From Pseudogymnoascus verrucosus (Eukaryota): a stretch of DNA of 64,000 nucleotides. Shown here piece after piece: positions 50,779 to 61,808 of this stretch; the first letter of the stretch is position 1, and each line of letters starts with the position of its first letter. The notes under the pieces were generated by a model. The model was not told where the DNA came from. It searched no databases and worked only from the letters and a program-made list of their open reading frames with translations. The stretch lies in assembly GCA_001662655.1 (NCBI GenBank), contig KV460280.1; one strand, written 5' to 3'. Made by a program: the position numbers and the translations under genes.

Positions 50779-51884
50779 TCACAGCTTAGAATCAGCTTGT
50801 CTAGCCCCCTTAGGCTTTAGGTCAACATTCACCTCTGTCCACCACGGATAAGCTCGCGGGGCATCATTCTCCACCTCATCGATAAATTTCGGCTTCTCCT
50901 TCTTAAAAAACGCCCGTTTCGACTCTAGGTGATCACTAGCACAGTAAGTCAGGGAGGCCTTCTTCCTATATATCCGGCGACGGCGCAAGAAACAAAAACG
51001 CAAACTCACCGTCCCCCAAACATATCAAACAAAATCGGGCTATCCACCAAGTGTGCCTCCTCCGCTGTCCCGGCGCCCCGCCATATCAGTTGCCGATTCA
51101 GGTACGCGGCCATCAGGCTGACCTCCTTGGTGATCTCGCATGCCAGTTCTAATGCGCGCGGCAGCACATCCTCTGGCTCCGCGAGCACCTCGGCGAAAAT
51201 CCCGTCGAGGACCTTGGAGTCCGCGTGGTACGTCTTACCTGTGGTGAGCAGGTAGGTTGCGTTGCTGTGGCCGACCATGCGAGGCAGGAAGAAAGAGCTC
51301 GCAGATTCCATTGTGAGGCCGATGCGAGAGAAGGGGAAGCCGAAGACGGATTTCGAGGACGCGATTCTGTTGTGTCTCAGTAATTATACTCGGCTACTTC
51401 AGTGAGTGCAAGGAGAGAGCTAGTGCATGGAGATGAATGAAGCGCACCTAATTCCCGCAGCAAGGGTAGATGTCATCCCTATGCCTACTGATAGCCCGTT
51501 GTATGCCACAATGATCGTCTTCCGGCAGTTATACATAGCTAATGCTAGCCTCCCACCAATATCCCGCAGGTCGGCGACAGGCATCTGCTTCCCGGCTGTC
51601 GCATCAAGGTTTAGATCGATGCCGCTGCAGAACGCCTTGCCGGCGCCCGTCAGAACGACGCACTTCACGCGGCTGTCGACGTCAATTTGCTGGAGGACCA
51701 TCAGGAGGCCTTCGATCATCGGGACGGTCATGGCGTTGTACTTCTTAGGGCGGTTCAGGGTGACGATTAAGATTGCCGTAACACCTGGGGCGGACACAGG
51801 GTGGTTAGTGATTAGCAGATCGCTGTCACAGGGGGTCATGTATGACTTTGGGACCTGGATGGTCTTTGCTTCGATGGTAGGCAT
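50779..51884 (-). CDS. Crotonase-family enoyl-CoA hydratase/isomerase, peroxisomal
   Basis: LNRPKKYNA, LTGAGKAFCSGIDL, FPFSRIGLTME; C-terminal SKL; two introns. Confidence 0.9.
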
Positions 51885-52689
51885 AGTGAGGGTTGCGAGG
51901 TGCAGCGGATATGATATGCTCTGAATCAGTACTGATTTGTGTGCAGTCTAGAAGTAAGTGTATTGATTTGTATCTCATTAGCAGTACAGGATTTGTTTTT
52001 TATTTATATAACTATCTACTACGTTAGAGTTCTTTGAGAGCTCTCCGAGGTATGGCTCTCATAAACTGATAAGTAATCATCAAAAGACCGAGAACCCCGC
52101 ATTTTATACCCTGTTACCCGCAGCCACCCACTATTTTGCTTCCTAACCGCTCATCCACTACCCTTCCACTAGCGAGAAATGTTTTACATGCGTTGTTCGC
52201 CCGGTCATTGTTGATTTGAGGCTGAATATCAGGTCTCCTCTAACAGCGAGGGGACTAAGCTCTATTGTGCAGTGCTTGGATATTCATTTCGGCGTGCTTC
52301 ATCTCAGCACTTGTCATTTACATCATATTTCTAGTCGTCTATCGTCGCTAGTTCCATCCACTTGCTAAAGCCCCAGAACCATTTTAGGCCTGCATGACAC
52401 ATTTCTACATTGTGAAATGTAATCTATTCAGCGAGAGAGGCCAGTTTTATCTTCAAGTCGACAACTACAAGCCCACTTTTGGTTCTGACTTCTCTACGAT
52501 GACCCCAGAATTCACAACTAGAGGATGGGTATGATAGGCTTTTCCGTTCTTGCTTCTACTATCAGATTTGATGACATTACTATTGGCAAAGGGTATTAAC
52601 AGAGCTCTGTGCGAGATTTTGCTGTTGAGGGAGGTGAGTAGTCCGGTCTGAGAATTTGAGACCGGACTGGCCCATGGTCTGGTCTAGGG

Positions 52690-52825
52690 TCGATCAACCG
52701 ATGGGGTCAGTCCAGCCTACCTCTGCGGCCGAGAGTGTACTCCGATGAGCTGCGCCAGGATAAAGTAGATGGTTGGGGGAATGGGAACCCTCGTCCCCTC
52801 GAAGATTTTTGAAGCCCTATGCTAG
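52690..52825 (-). pseudogene. Diverged relic fragment paralogous to part of the Zn2Cys6 gene at ~56680-56822
   Basis: 52732 tctgcggccgagagtgtactccgatgagctgcg...gtagatggttgggggaatgggaaccctcgtcccctcgaagatttttgaagccctatgcta aligns with 56721 tctgcagccgaaagtgtactctgatgagctgcg...gtagatggttgacggaatggggaccctcatcccctcgaagattttgaggccctgtgcta. Confidence 0.8.
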
Positions 52826-53169
52826 CCCCGGATAAAAGCTTTAATTAGGATATTTGGATCGTCCTCGTGACGTGGACTCCGTCCATGTTCCGAGCGGCCC
52901 CTATAATGCTTTCCTAGGAACTACCGTCCACGACGTTCTTCATCCGCCTCAAGCTCCCCACGCTAACATTCGCCACATACCTCCCCTCTCTATGCCCGTC
53001 CGCCGGCGCGGCCTGCTCTCCCCGCCCCATCGGCGTCATTAAGACCCCGCCGTCGTCGCCATCGGCCTTGCGCCGTGAGCTGGACCCCATCTGCCCATAC
53101 CCCGCCGAGTTGCTGTTAGCGGCCTTTCGGTCGCGCGAGTCGTTGATCTTGTTTCTACCTCGAGCCTTA

Positions 53170-54237
53170 CAATCTCACTGTCATCGGTGGGCGCGACTCT
53201 TCCGTTGGCGACGGCGGCCTGACATTAGGCGGCGGCATCTCCTCCTTCTCCGCGCGCTATGGCTTGGCCTACGACAACGTGAATAACTTCCAAGTCGTCT
53301 TTGCCGACGGCTCCATCCACAACGTGAACCTGAAGACATATCCGGACCTATTCCAGGCACTCAAGGGTGGTGGCAATAACTTTGGCATCGTGACGCGCTT
53401 CGACCTCGCCACGTATGCCCAGGGCGACATGTGGGGTGGGCTGGTCCAGTACACAGAGAATAACCTAGAGACCTTCGTCGACGCGCTATCGCACTTCGGC
53501 GACCGCCAAGTCGAGGATCCAGATTGCGCGGCGATTGTGTCGTTAATCTACTACCAAGCATACGGTATTAACATCGTCAACCTGAACCTGGAGGGCGCAA
53601 AGCCAGTCGTTAACCCAGCTCTTCTCAAGGATTTCACCGACGTGCCCTCGCCAATGAAGTCCACCATGCGCGTTACCACCCTCTCAAATATCACCGACGA
53701 GATGGTGAAGGGTACGCCCGCCCGCTTTAGGGAGCAGTTCCGCACCATGACATCAAGAACAGCCCCTCGCTGATGCTCGAGTTCGCCGAGCTCTTCAAGA
53801 CGCAGATCACTGCCGTCAAGGCCGTCAAGGCCGTCAAGGCCGTCACGGCCGTCAAGGGCGTCTTCCCCGTCATCAGTTTCCAGGTCATCTCCCCGGCGAC
53901 CATCGCGCAGTTCGCCAAGAACGGCGGCAACCCCTTCGGCATCACCGCCGACGATGGCACGCTCATTCTCATGTCCACCTCTAATCGCTGGTCCGACGCC
54001 GCCGACGACGCCGCCATGTACGCCATGGCGGACAACTTCATCGCCGCCGCCACGGCGACGGCGACGGCACAGGGGCTGCTGCATCCGTACATCTACATGA
54101 ACTATGCGGATGCGTCCCAGGACGTCTTCACCGGCTATGGCGCGGCAAATAAGGCGAAGCTGCTAGCGACGGCAAACAAGTACCATTCCTCTGGTGTTTT
54201 TAGGAGCCTGCTGTCGGGAGGGCATAAGTTGAAGTAG
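53170..54237 (+). pseudogene. FAD-linked oxidoreductase (FAD_binding_4/BBE-like) pseudogene
   Basis: VIGGRDSSVGDGGLTLGGGIS, DLFQALKGGGNNFGIVTRFDL and YMNYAD. No recognisable N-terminus; frameshift near 53750. Confidence 0.8.
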
Positions 54238-54530
54238 ATAGATAAATAGAAGACCATGGCATATAGGTTAGGGTACTTTCATACCAGGAGGCCCCAAAAG
54301 GTATTCAAAACCTGAAGACCCGATGTAGCCCGCATCTAACATAGGGGTCTAGAGGAATATAAACATCATGTCGAGGCCTGGTACATCCACAAGAAATGGG
54401 AGCTATTTCCCTTCAGTAACAGTACATTCCATACCGCCTTTGCTATTTGCTTCAATGCGTCACAATATTCCCAGGGCGTATACGCCCAAGTGATACCAAC
54501 CAAACACTAGACGGCTTGGATAAATATATC

Positions 54531-57292
54531 TCAACCATCGAAACTCATTTCTGGATTTGCCATCTGATCTAGATCCCACCAGCTTTCGTCGATTAGTCCA
54601 AATGGCATTAGGTTTATATCTTGTGTCATGAAATCCAATAAGGGTTGCATAGTAGATGACTCTAAATCCTTGGGGATAGCTTGACCTGGAAAGTTTCGTA
54701 GATGCCGCCCGTGGAGAGAGTCAGCGGCAAAGGGAGAGTCTCTAACACTGTCAGATACCATACTATGCAAATCTTGCTGTGTCTCTACAGCACTAGCAGA
54801 GGCTAATTCAGGTAGGCTACTCTGCGACTGTGTTGTGCCCTGTGTCGAGCTTTCTCCTATAAAACACGTGTGAATTAGTTGCGGCTCTTCATTAATGGCC
54901 GCAGCACTTGTGTTATTACTCGTACCAACAAATTTCTCATACATATTGCACAAACCCTCTAGTGCATGGTTCACCGGATGACCTCTGTTTATGAGGATAC
55001 CCAATGTTTTACAGCACAGGGTCCAAGCCTCGCGGATTTTATCGATAGACGTATACTGATGCAGCCTATGGCAGGCTTTGGCAAGTATCAGAACCGTCGC
55101 TGCAGTGCAGAGATCTTAATAATTTAAACGTTAGGAGTGAGAACAGATATAGAGACTGGGTATACACCTACAAAAGGTTGTGTACCACCAAGCACCGTCA
55201 CATGATTTAGTCGTCGAGTCGTGCAATGAGCTTATCAGATCAATGGAGGTAGTTACGCATATAACCGATGATTGAACGTTCATCCTCGACCGAAGGTTTT
55301 CGTCCTTTTTAAAATCGTTCGGTGCCTCAATCGAGGAAGGTTGAGATGCCGACACCATCTTTTGGCAAAAGCGTAAGATTGTTGGACGGTATAGAAGGAC
55401 TCGAACATGAAGATACCTTCAATGGATTAATGGCGATATTTTTTATGTCTGCTTATCTGACTCACCTTGCATGGAGTACATTAGATTGGCGCTGGAGCAA
55501 ATGCTGAGACTCATCTCGCAAAGAATTTCTCGTACTAATGCCCCTTTCCCAGTGGAGACAAGTTGCGATGCCCTCTTCGAAGTCCGAAAGCTCCTCATCA
55601 AAGGACATGACAGCTTCCGATTCGGATAGCTGGCTGTGGCTGCAGTTCTCATTTCGCTCGAGATCACAGGTCGCGAGTTGCGGGGACCAAGGGCTATAGA
55701 CAGTGGACACGATCCTTCCCAGAATTGTATAGAGCTTGATTGTCTCAATGTAAAACGGAGAAGACGTGCCATCTAGGTCTTCTTGCACACTTGTTTTCGA
55801 TATGGAAGGTAGAGGTATTGTGACCCGAGAAGGAGTCATCATGGGGCGTCCAAGGGTAGTACTCGCAACGCTAAACAAGTCAGCATCCAATCTCAGAATG
55901 TTAAAGCGAAGCCTACATGTCCATGACTGTACAGCCGTACCAGACTCGGCGGCGAAGTTCAACCTCACGTTCATCTCTCTGAAAGCCACTAGTTTCTACA
56001 TGTAGCCCAATGCCTTGTCCAATCCTACAGGCCAACCCAAGCGACGTCCAACAACGACTGGAAAATGAAGTGCTTTGAAGGTATTGAGCAACGATCAACA
56101 AGGTTTGCACGAGTGCAATGCTTCCGTGGTCTAAGATATCAACATGAAGAAGGCCTCTGCAGCGGAGGAAGAAGGTTTGTGACAAGGAATCTCGGTCATG
56201 CTGTAATATCTCTGGTCCCGATAATTGACAACTCAAGGCAAAAATCGCATTTAGGGCACAGTGATAAACAGTAGACTGAGAGTCTGATATTCCGGGGGTG
56301 CCCAGCCCAAGATCACAGTCTCTACTCTCCCCTTGCCCTCTATGCAGCTCAACAGGTTTCCATAGATCCTCGTACGCACGAGTAAAGACTGGTTTGTAGA
56401 CGAAAGGATACAGGCTGTGCGACTTAGCCCAATAGTTCTCTAACAGTGTGTCTGCTAAGTCGCGAGTAGGGAGAGAGAGACCCTGGGGTTTAGATGCACG
56501 GCGGACGGGTTTAGAAGCTCTGCGTAGATTGGCTTGTGGTCGTGTAGCATAACTTTGTGGCTGATTAGTACCCGGTATGGTCTCTTCAACCTGTTCCATA
56601 AAACGAGCAGCAGAAGAACCGCCATAAAACTCGTTTACAGAACTTAGCGGTAAGGTAGATCCGCCTCCCTTGAAGGCTGTCGAACCCATTGCATTAACTG
56701 GGCTAGATGAGTCCTCTACATCTGCAGCCGAAAGTGTACTCTGATGAGCTGCGTGAGGAGAAGGTAGATGGTTGACGGAATGGGGACCCTCATCCCCTCG
56801 AAGATTTTGAGGCCCTGTGCTAATAGTAACAGGGCGTCTTGAAGCGCTAAGTGTAGAGACGTTTGGACTCGACACTGTTGTAGTTACCCCTACCTCACGC
56901 ATACCTTGGGGAGAGCTAGGGTCCGCTTCTTCATGCTGTCTGGCATGTTGCCAGGAAGAGGAGGCAATAACATGCTCTAGGCTTTGGATTCGATCTAACA
57001 AGCCTCTAGTAGATACATCGTGCTCTCCGTTACCATTCCTGCTGGTAGGGTCTCTGGCGTAAACGCACGACTGCTGGCTCTTTGGTTTATACTGGCAAGG
57101 TCCACACATCGGTCTATTGCCATCGCACCTCGTTTTTCGCGCGCGACAGGGCTCGCATGCACTTGAGATCTTCCGGCGTTTCGGAGGTCGGGGCAAATCA
57201 GCAGTAGCCGCCGGTTCAGCAGTAGCTGTCAAGGCTTCTGAGGCAGCGACCGGGTCGTCAGAAAGAGGGGCGGTACCTCTAGGTTCTGTCAT
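54531..57292 (-). CDS. Zn2Cys6 transcription factor with fungal-specific TF domain
   Basis: ACEPCRARKTRCDGNRPMCGPC...C, FYGGSS, LVQTLLIVAQYLQST, RRRVWYGC and TTLGRP; several introns. Confidence 0.9.
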
Positions 57293-57688
57293 GGCAGTTC
57301 GGAACGGAATGGTAGGGAAGATTGATGGTCATTTCATGGAGATGACGGGGCAAAGTAGCATTTAAGGATGGACACGGAGTTGTTCCGGACATCCCGATGT
57401 TTTCGGAACAAGATGATGTTAGTCCGCTTCGGAGGTACGGCACAATTATCACCCGTCGGTTTTGCTAACTATCCGAAACTCTCATATCCACGGAATCTCG
57501 GCGGTTTCGACCACCTAAGATCAATATAGGTAGGCCGGAGCTGGGGCTCAGTCAACGTCTCATTCTACGAAGAGCTGGCAGGATTTCTTATTTCTTTTAT
57601 TACCCAGTACTGAATGCTCGCAATTCAACATACTAGTTTTTACAACCATTCGGCAGCCTCCAAGGGGATAAGTTGTAGATAGTATACA

Positions 57689-58189
57689 ATGCCAGTTCCA
57701 ATCGAAATCGCCGAGACAATATTCCGGAAGAAATCACAGTACGGCCGATACATCGACACCAAACAATGGAACAAATTTGCAGAAGTTGCACTGCCTAATG
57801 CAGAACTCAGCTTTTTCGATTCCGACGGCTCTATTCTAGTGGCTGGAAAGACCCCGCTTGTTTTCTCTTCCTCCCAAGCATTTACAAGCTTCTTCAGCAA
57901 ATTTTTCGCAAACGCTCAAACCCTTCATATGTTTGGACCTGGAGAATTAGAGCAAATAAAGTCTGATGAGGTGAAAGCAACATGGGGTATGGAGGATCAA
58001 ATCATACTGAATGGGACGGGAGGGCTGGTAGAGATGAGAGGCGGAGGATATTATTACGAGACCTGGAAGATGCACGGTGATGATTGGTTTTTAGCATCGT
58101 TGCGCTTAGAAAGGACATATCAAAAAACGAGCCTCACGGCGAAAGTTTTCATATTCCTCGAGAGATATTCTGGACTCACGTTCGTTTAA
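57689..58189 (+). CDS. SnoaL-like / NTF2-fold protein (BaiE/LinA-like)
   Basis: KSQYGRYIDTKQW, TLHMFG, WGMED and GGGYYYETW; intronless. Confidence 0.78.
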   Translation: MPVPIEIAETIFRKKSQYGRYIDTKQWNKFAEVALPNAELSFFDSDGSILVAGKTPLVFSSSQAFTSFFSKFFANAQTLHMFGPGELEQIKSDEVKATWGMEDQIILNGTGGLVEMRGGGYYYETWKMHGDDWFLASLRLERTYQKTSLTAKVFIFLERYSGLTFV

Positions 58190-58646
58190 GGTGTCATCTA
58201 TAACAACTTCAAAATAGGGTCACGCAGCTATACACGCAGCTCGGAAGTTAAAAAGCCCTGATAATAGCTTGTATATTTAAATACAGATAGATTACAATCT
58301 GAAAATAGTGCTCAAGTCTTTCGACCATCGCAATTTCCATCTCTTGGCGTCGTACGCTAAATTCTTGATGCGGGTGATTGATCGCCCACTGAATATATAC
58401 CCTCACGTGATAAAAGGAAAACACCACTAACAGCGCAGATTTTTCGGTTTTTTAAAGGTTAATTAGGACATCAATCTAAACAGGATAGCACTGCATAGAT
58501 ATTCAAAGCGACTCAAATATTGAGGCAAGGAGGAATGTCTATCCCAATCGGTTTGATTTCCAGCTATGTCAACTTTAATAGTTAGTATTAGTTGTTTCAA
58601 CCATTCTGCATCACATTAATTGCTAACAATTACACTAGGTTCTACC

Positions 58647-61145
58647 CTACAGCCTTGCCAACTTACCGTCCGCGCTCCTAAGCTCATTGCTCATGTTTCT
58701 GGAGATCCAGTCACTGATAGCCATGATCGTCACCATGGGATTGACACCACTGGCACTTGGGAAAACACTCGCATCGCTGACATATAGCCCTTCAGTTCCC
58801 CAGACCTTGCCTTTGGGATCCACAACTCCGTCGCTCTCGCGTATGGACATGCGGTTTGTGCCCATCTGATGCGCGGACGCGAATCCAGCACCTGGGGGCT
58901 TGTTGTCGGCACGCCAGAGCTCCTTAAGCCAGGCTTGAAAGCGCGGGTCAGAGACGCCGGGGTCTATCTCCTCGGGTTTGGTGGAGGGGATGGAAGCCTC
59001 GTCTGCGTTGCGGATGAACGGGGCGACACTAGGGATACTGGTGTGGATCTCGATAGCACCTTCGGTGTACGCGATCTTCGCGAGGGCGACACAGCCGGTC
59101 AAGATGTGCTGGCGGTCAAAGGCGCTAGGTGTATATTCGATGCGGATGCCGCCGGTGTTAGGGTCGGGGTAGACGCGGCCAGAATCGCGGTCCCGGGCAA
59201 GAGAGATCCAGCTGTTAGTGTGGCGGAATTTGAGGGCGAGCTTCTTGAAGTCGAGGCCTACGGTGACGTTTGACATGCTCATGGCGAGGGATGGGATCAT
59301 GAGCATAGCTTCTAGCTTGGCGCCATGACCGTGGCCATCGAGGTCCTCAAAGGAAGAGACGACCGATGTGAGAATACCACCTACAACAGTCAGATTGGAG
59401 GTATACGAAGAAACGGGGGTTGGGGGATGCGGGGAAGTGAACCTACCTTCCCACGGCCGTACATCCTCTTTGAAGAGGCCGCTTATAATGTTTACGGGAT
59501 GAAGATATAGATTTCGGCCGATATGTCGGTTCTATCTATATTAGCAAACCATTCGGACTCTAGTCGGCGCTCTCTCACCTTCAGACCGCTCTGGAGCAAC
59601 AGGATCGGACTCCATAGCGCCCCACATGAGACGATGACCTTCTTGGCCTTGACGATGACCTTTCTGACTGTGCGATCAGGCTCCTGTCCGTCGACCCCCC
59701 CACGGCTATTTCTCGAGACCCACGTCCCCTCGACTCCCACCGCCGTCTTCTGACCACTTGACTCGTCGAACAATACATGGTGTGCGGTAAAGCCTTCAAT
59801 AAACTTAGCACCGGCTCGAGCAGCGTCCGGGAGCCACGCGACAGTCGGGCCCTGCTTCTCAGCCGCGGCGCAACCCAACGAACAGTGGCCGCAGTAGTGC
59901 TCTTTATTGCCTGTGTTCTGTGGCACCGCTTTACCCGCGTATCCCATCTTCCTGGCCCCATCCAGGAGGACGTTGTTGCCGTGGTTATGTCTTATATGCT
60001 CTGCCGAGACGCCCATCTGATAGCACACGCGGTCCAGGCAATTCTGGAACTCAGACGTCTCAAAGAAGGTCAGCCCTCGGTCCTGCGCCCACTCTTTGCG
60101 TACGAAGCCCTGAGTCTGTAGAGCCGCTGACCAGTTAACAGTCCCACCGCCTCCCCAGGTGCTGCCCGATACTACCGCAATTGATCCGTCGTCGCTGAAA
60201 GTCGAACCCCCATTATCAAACATATTCACCATTCCCGCCTCCTCACTCATGGGGAAGGTCTCTGTAGGGTAGAAGTACGCTCTGTCCACCACCAGAACCT
60301 GAAGTCCCGCCTCTGCCAAATTCTTCGCGCATACTCCGCCACCGCATCCCGAACCCACAACCACGATGTCTGTCTCGATGACTTCGGGCTCTGGGTTGGC
60401 AGTAAACTTTAGAAACTCATATGGGAAGAGCTTTCCGCGCTCCATTTCGGGAGGAAACTGTGGGAATCCAGACAGATGGTAGAAGCTAGGGCTAGTCTTG
60501 ATCCACAGGTTCTTGGCCGCAACTGTCATCTGCTTGTAGAAGCCGTTCAGAGCGGGGATGTAGGAGAGGCGCCAGCGCTGGAGGATAAGCTCGCGTACAG
60601 CGAGGGGCTGCTGGGTGAAAGGAGTTGGAGAACCGGTGAGGATGAGGGAGCCGACACGGGTGCTTGGGGCAGGAAGTTAGATAGCTGATCTTGAGGCCGG
60701 ATTGGGGGGCGGAAGGACGGGGTTCAGGGCTAAGTGGCCCTATTCAAACTTACTCCAAGGCAGATAAGACCAGCGAGAGTCTCTTCCTCGCGGTCTCGCT
60801 AGTGAACACCACCAGCGTCCTCATCAACAGCTCGCAGAACTGGGGGTTATCAGACGGCCGCTCTTCTAGATACGCATCCAGAGCTGCCGTGCCCGAAGCC
60901 TGCGAGACATTTCCCTGCAGATGCTCCGCCGCCTTGGCATACTCTACGTCCGAGATAGCGTGTTGATTAATCTTATCGGTAGCCACTGCGTCTCTTCGAA
61001 CCGACGGGACCACAGTGTCCATAATAGCCAGCAACGAGGTCCATTGGCCTTCAGTAAAGGCTTCGCTGGCCGGAGGATCGGGCAGAGCAACTGCGATGGG
61101 GGCGTGGCTCCCAGCCTTCGGGGGGATCACGGCCAGAAGGGTCAT
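58647..61145 (-). CDS. Long-chain fatty alcohol oxidase (GMC family), peroxisomal
   Basis: VVGSGCGGGV, GSTWGGGGTVNWS, CGHC, SAHQMGT and DASVFPSASGVNPM; C-terminal ARL; introns. Confidence 0.9.
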
Positions 61146-61808
61146 TCTGTCGCCGTAATGAGGGTAATGTAATGAGTAAATGAATGAAGTCGGTGTTTTT
61201 ACTAGCAAGATATCAAGTAATTGCGGGCTATAGACAGTAATAGCTGCAGTGAACTTGCTTAATATTATACAAGGGAGCAACGTCTCTGCAGCGATATAGA
61301 TTCTCAGCTTTACGTTGCTGCCGTCGTATTTGCTTAGACCCCCCCTTAACCGTGGGTACAGATAGATTCTCTCCTTTTATACTTCTATAACGCCTCCAAT
61401 CCTTGCTAGGCCTCGTCCAGAGTGCGGGGCCCCGCGACAACCTTACACTCATCATATGCTAGGCTGAAAGTTATGCGTGACGGCAATTAACCGCAGTAGC
61501 AACAGATGGGCGTCTTTCACATGCACCAATAGGTATGGTCTTCAAAGATTAATTATTCTGAATTAGTAGCATTGCCACGGAGCTGGGAGTTGGACCTTAG
61601 GCCCCGCTCTGTGGGTAGAAAACATAGCATTACCGCGGAGCTGACCGGAACTACGATCCCGGAATGATTACCCCATTCCGGTTCCGTCCAACCCGTACAA
61701 GGGACATGGCAACGTACATCCGGACCATTCATATTGGTGAACCTTCGTCTGCAAGTCGACTTAGCAAATTCAACACGCTTCTTCAATCTTTTTCAAATCC
61801 TGCGTGTC

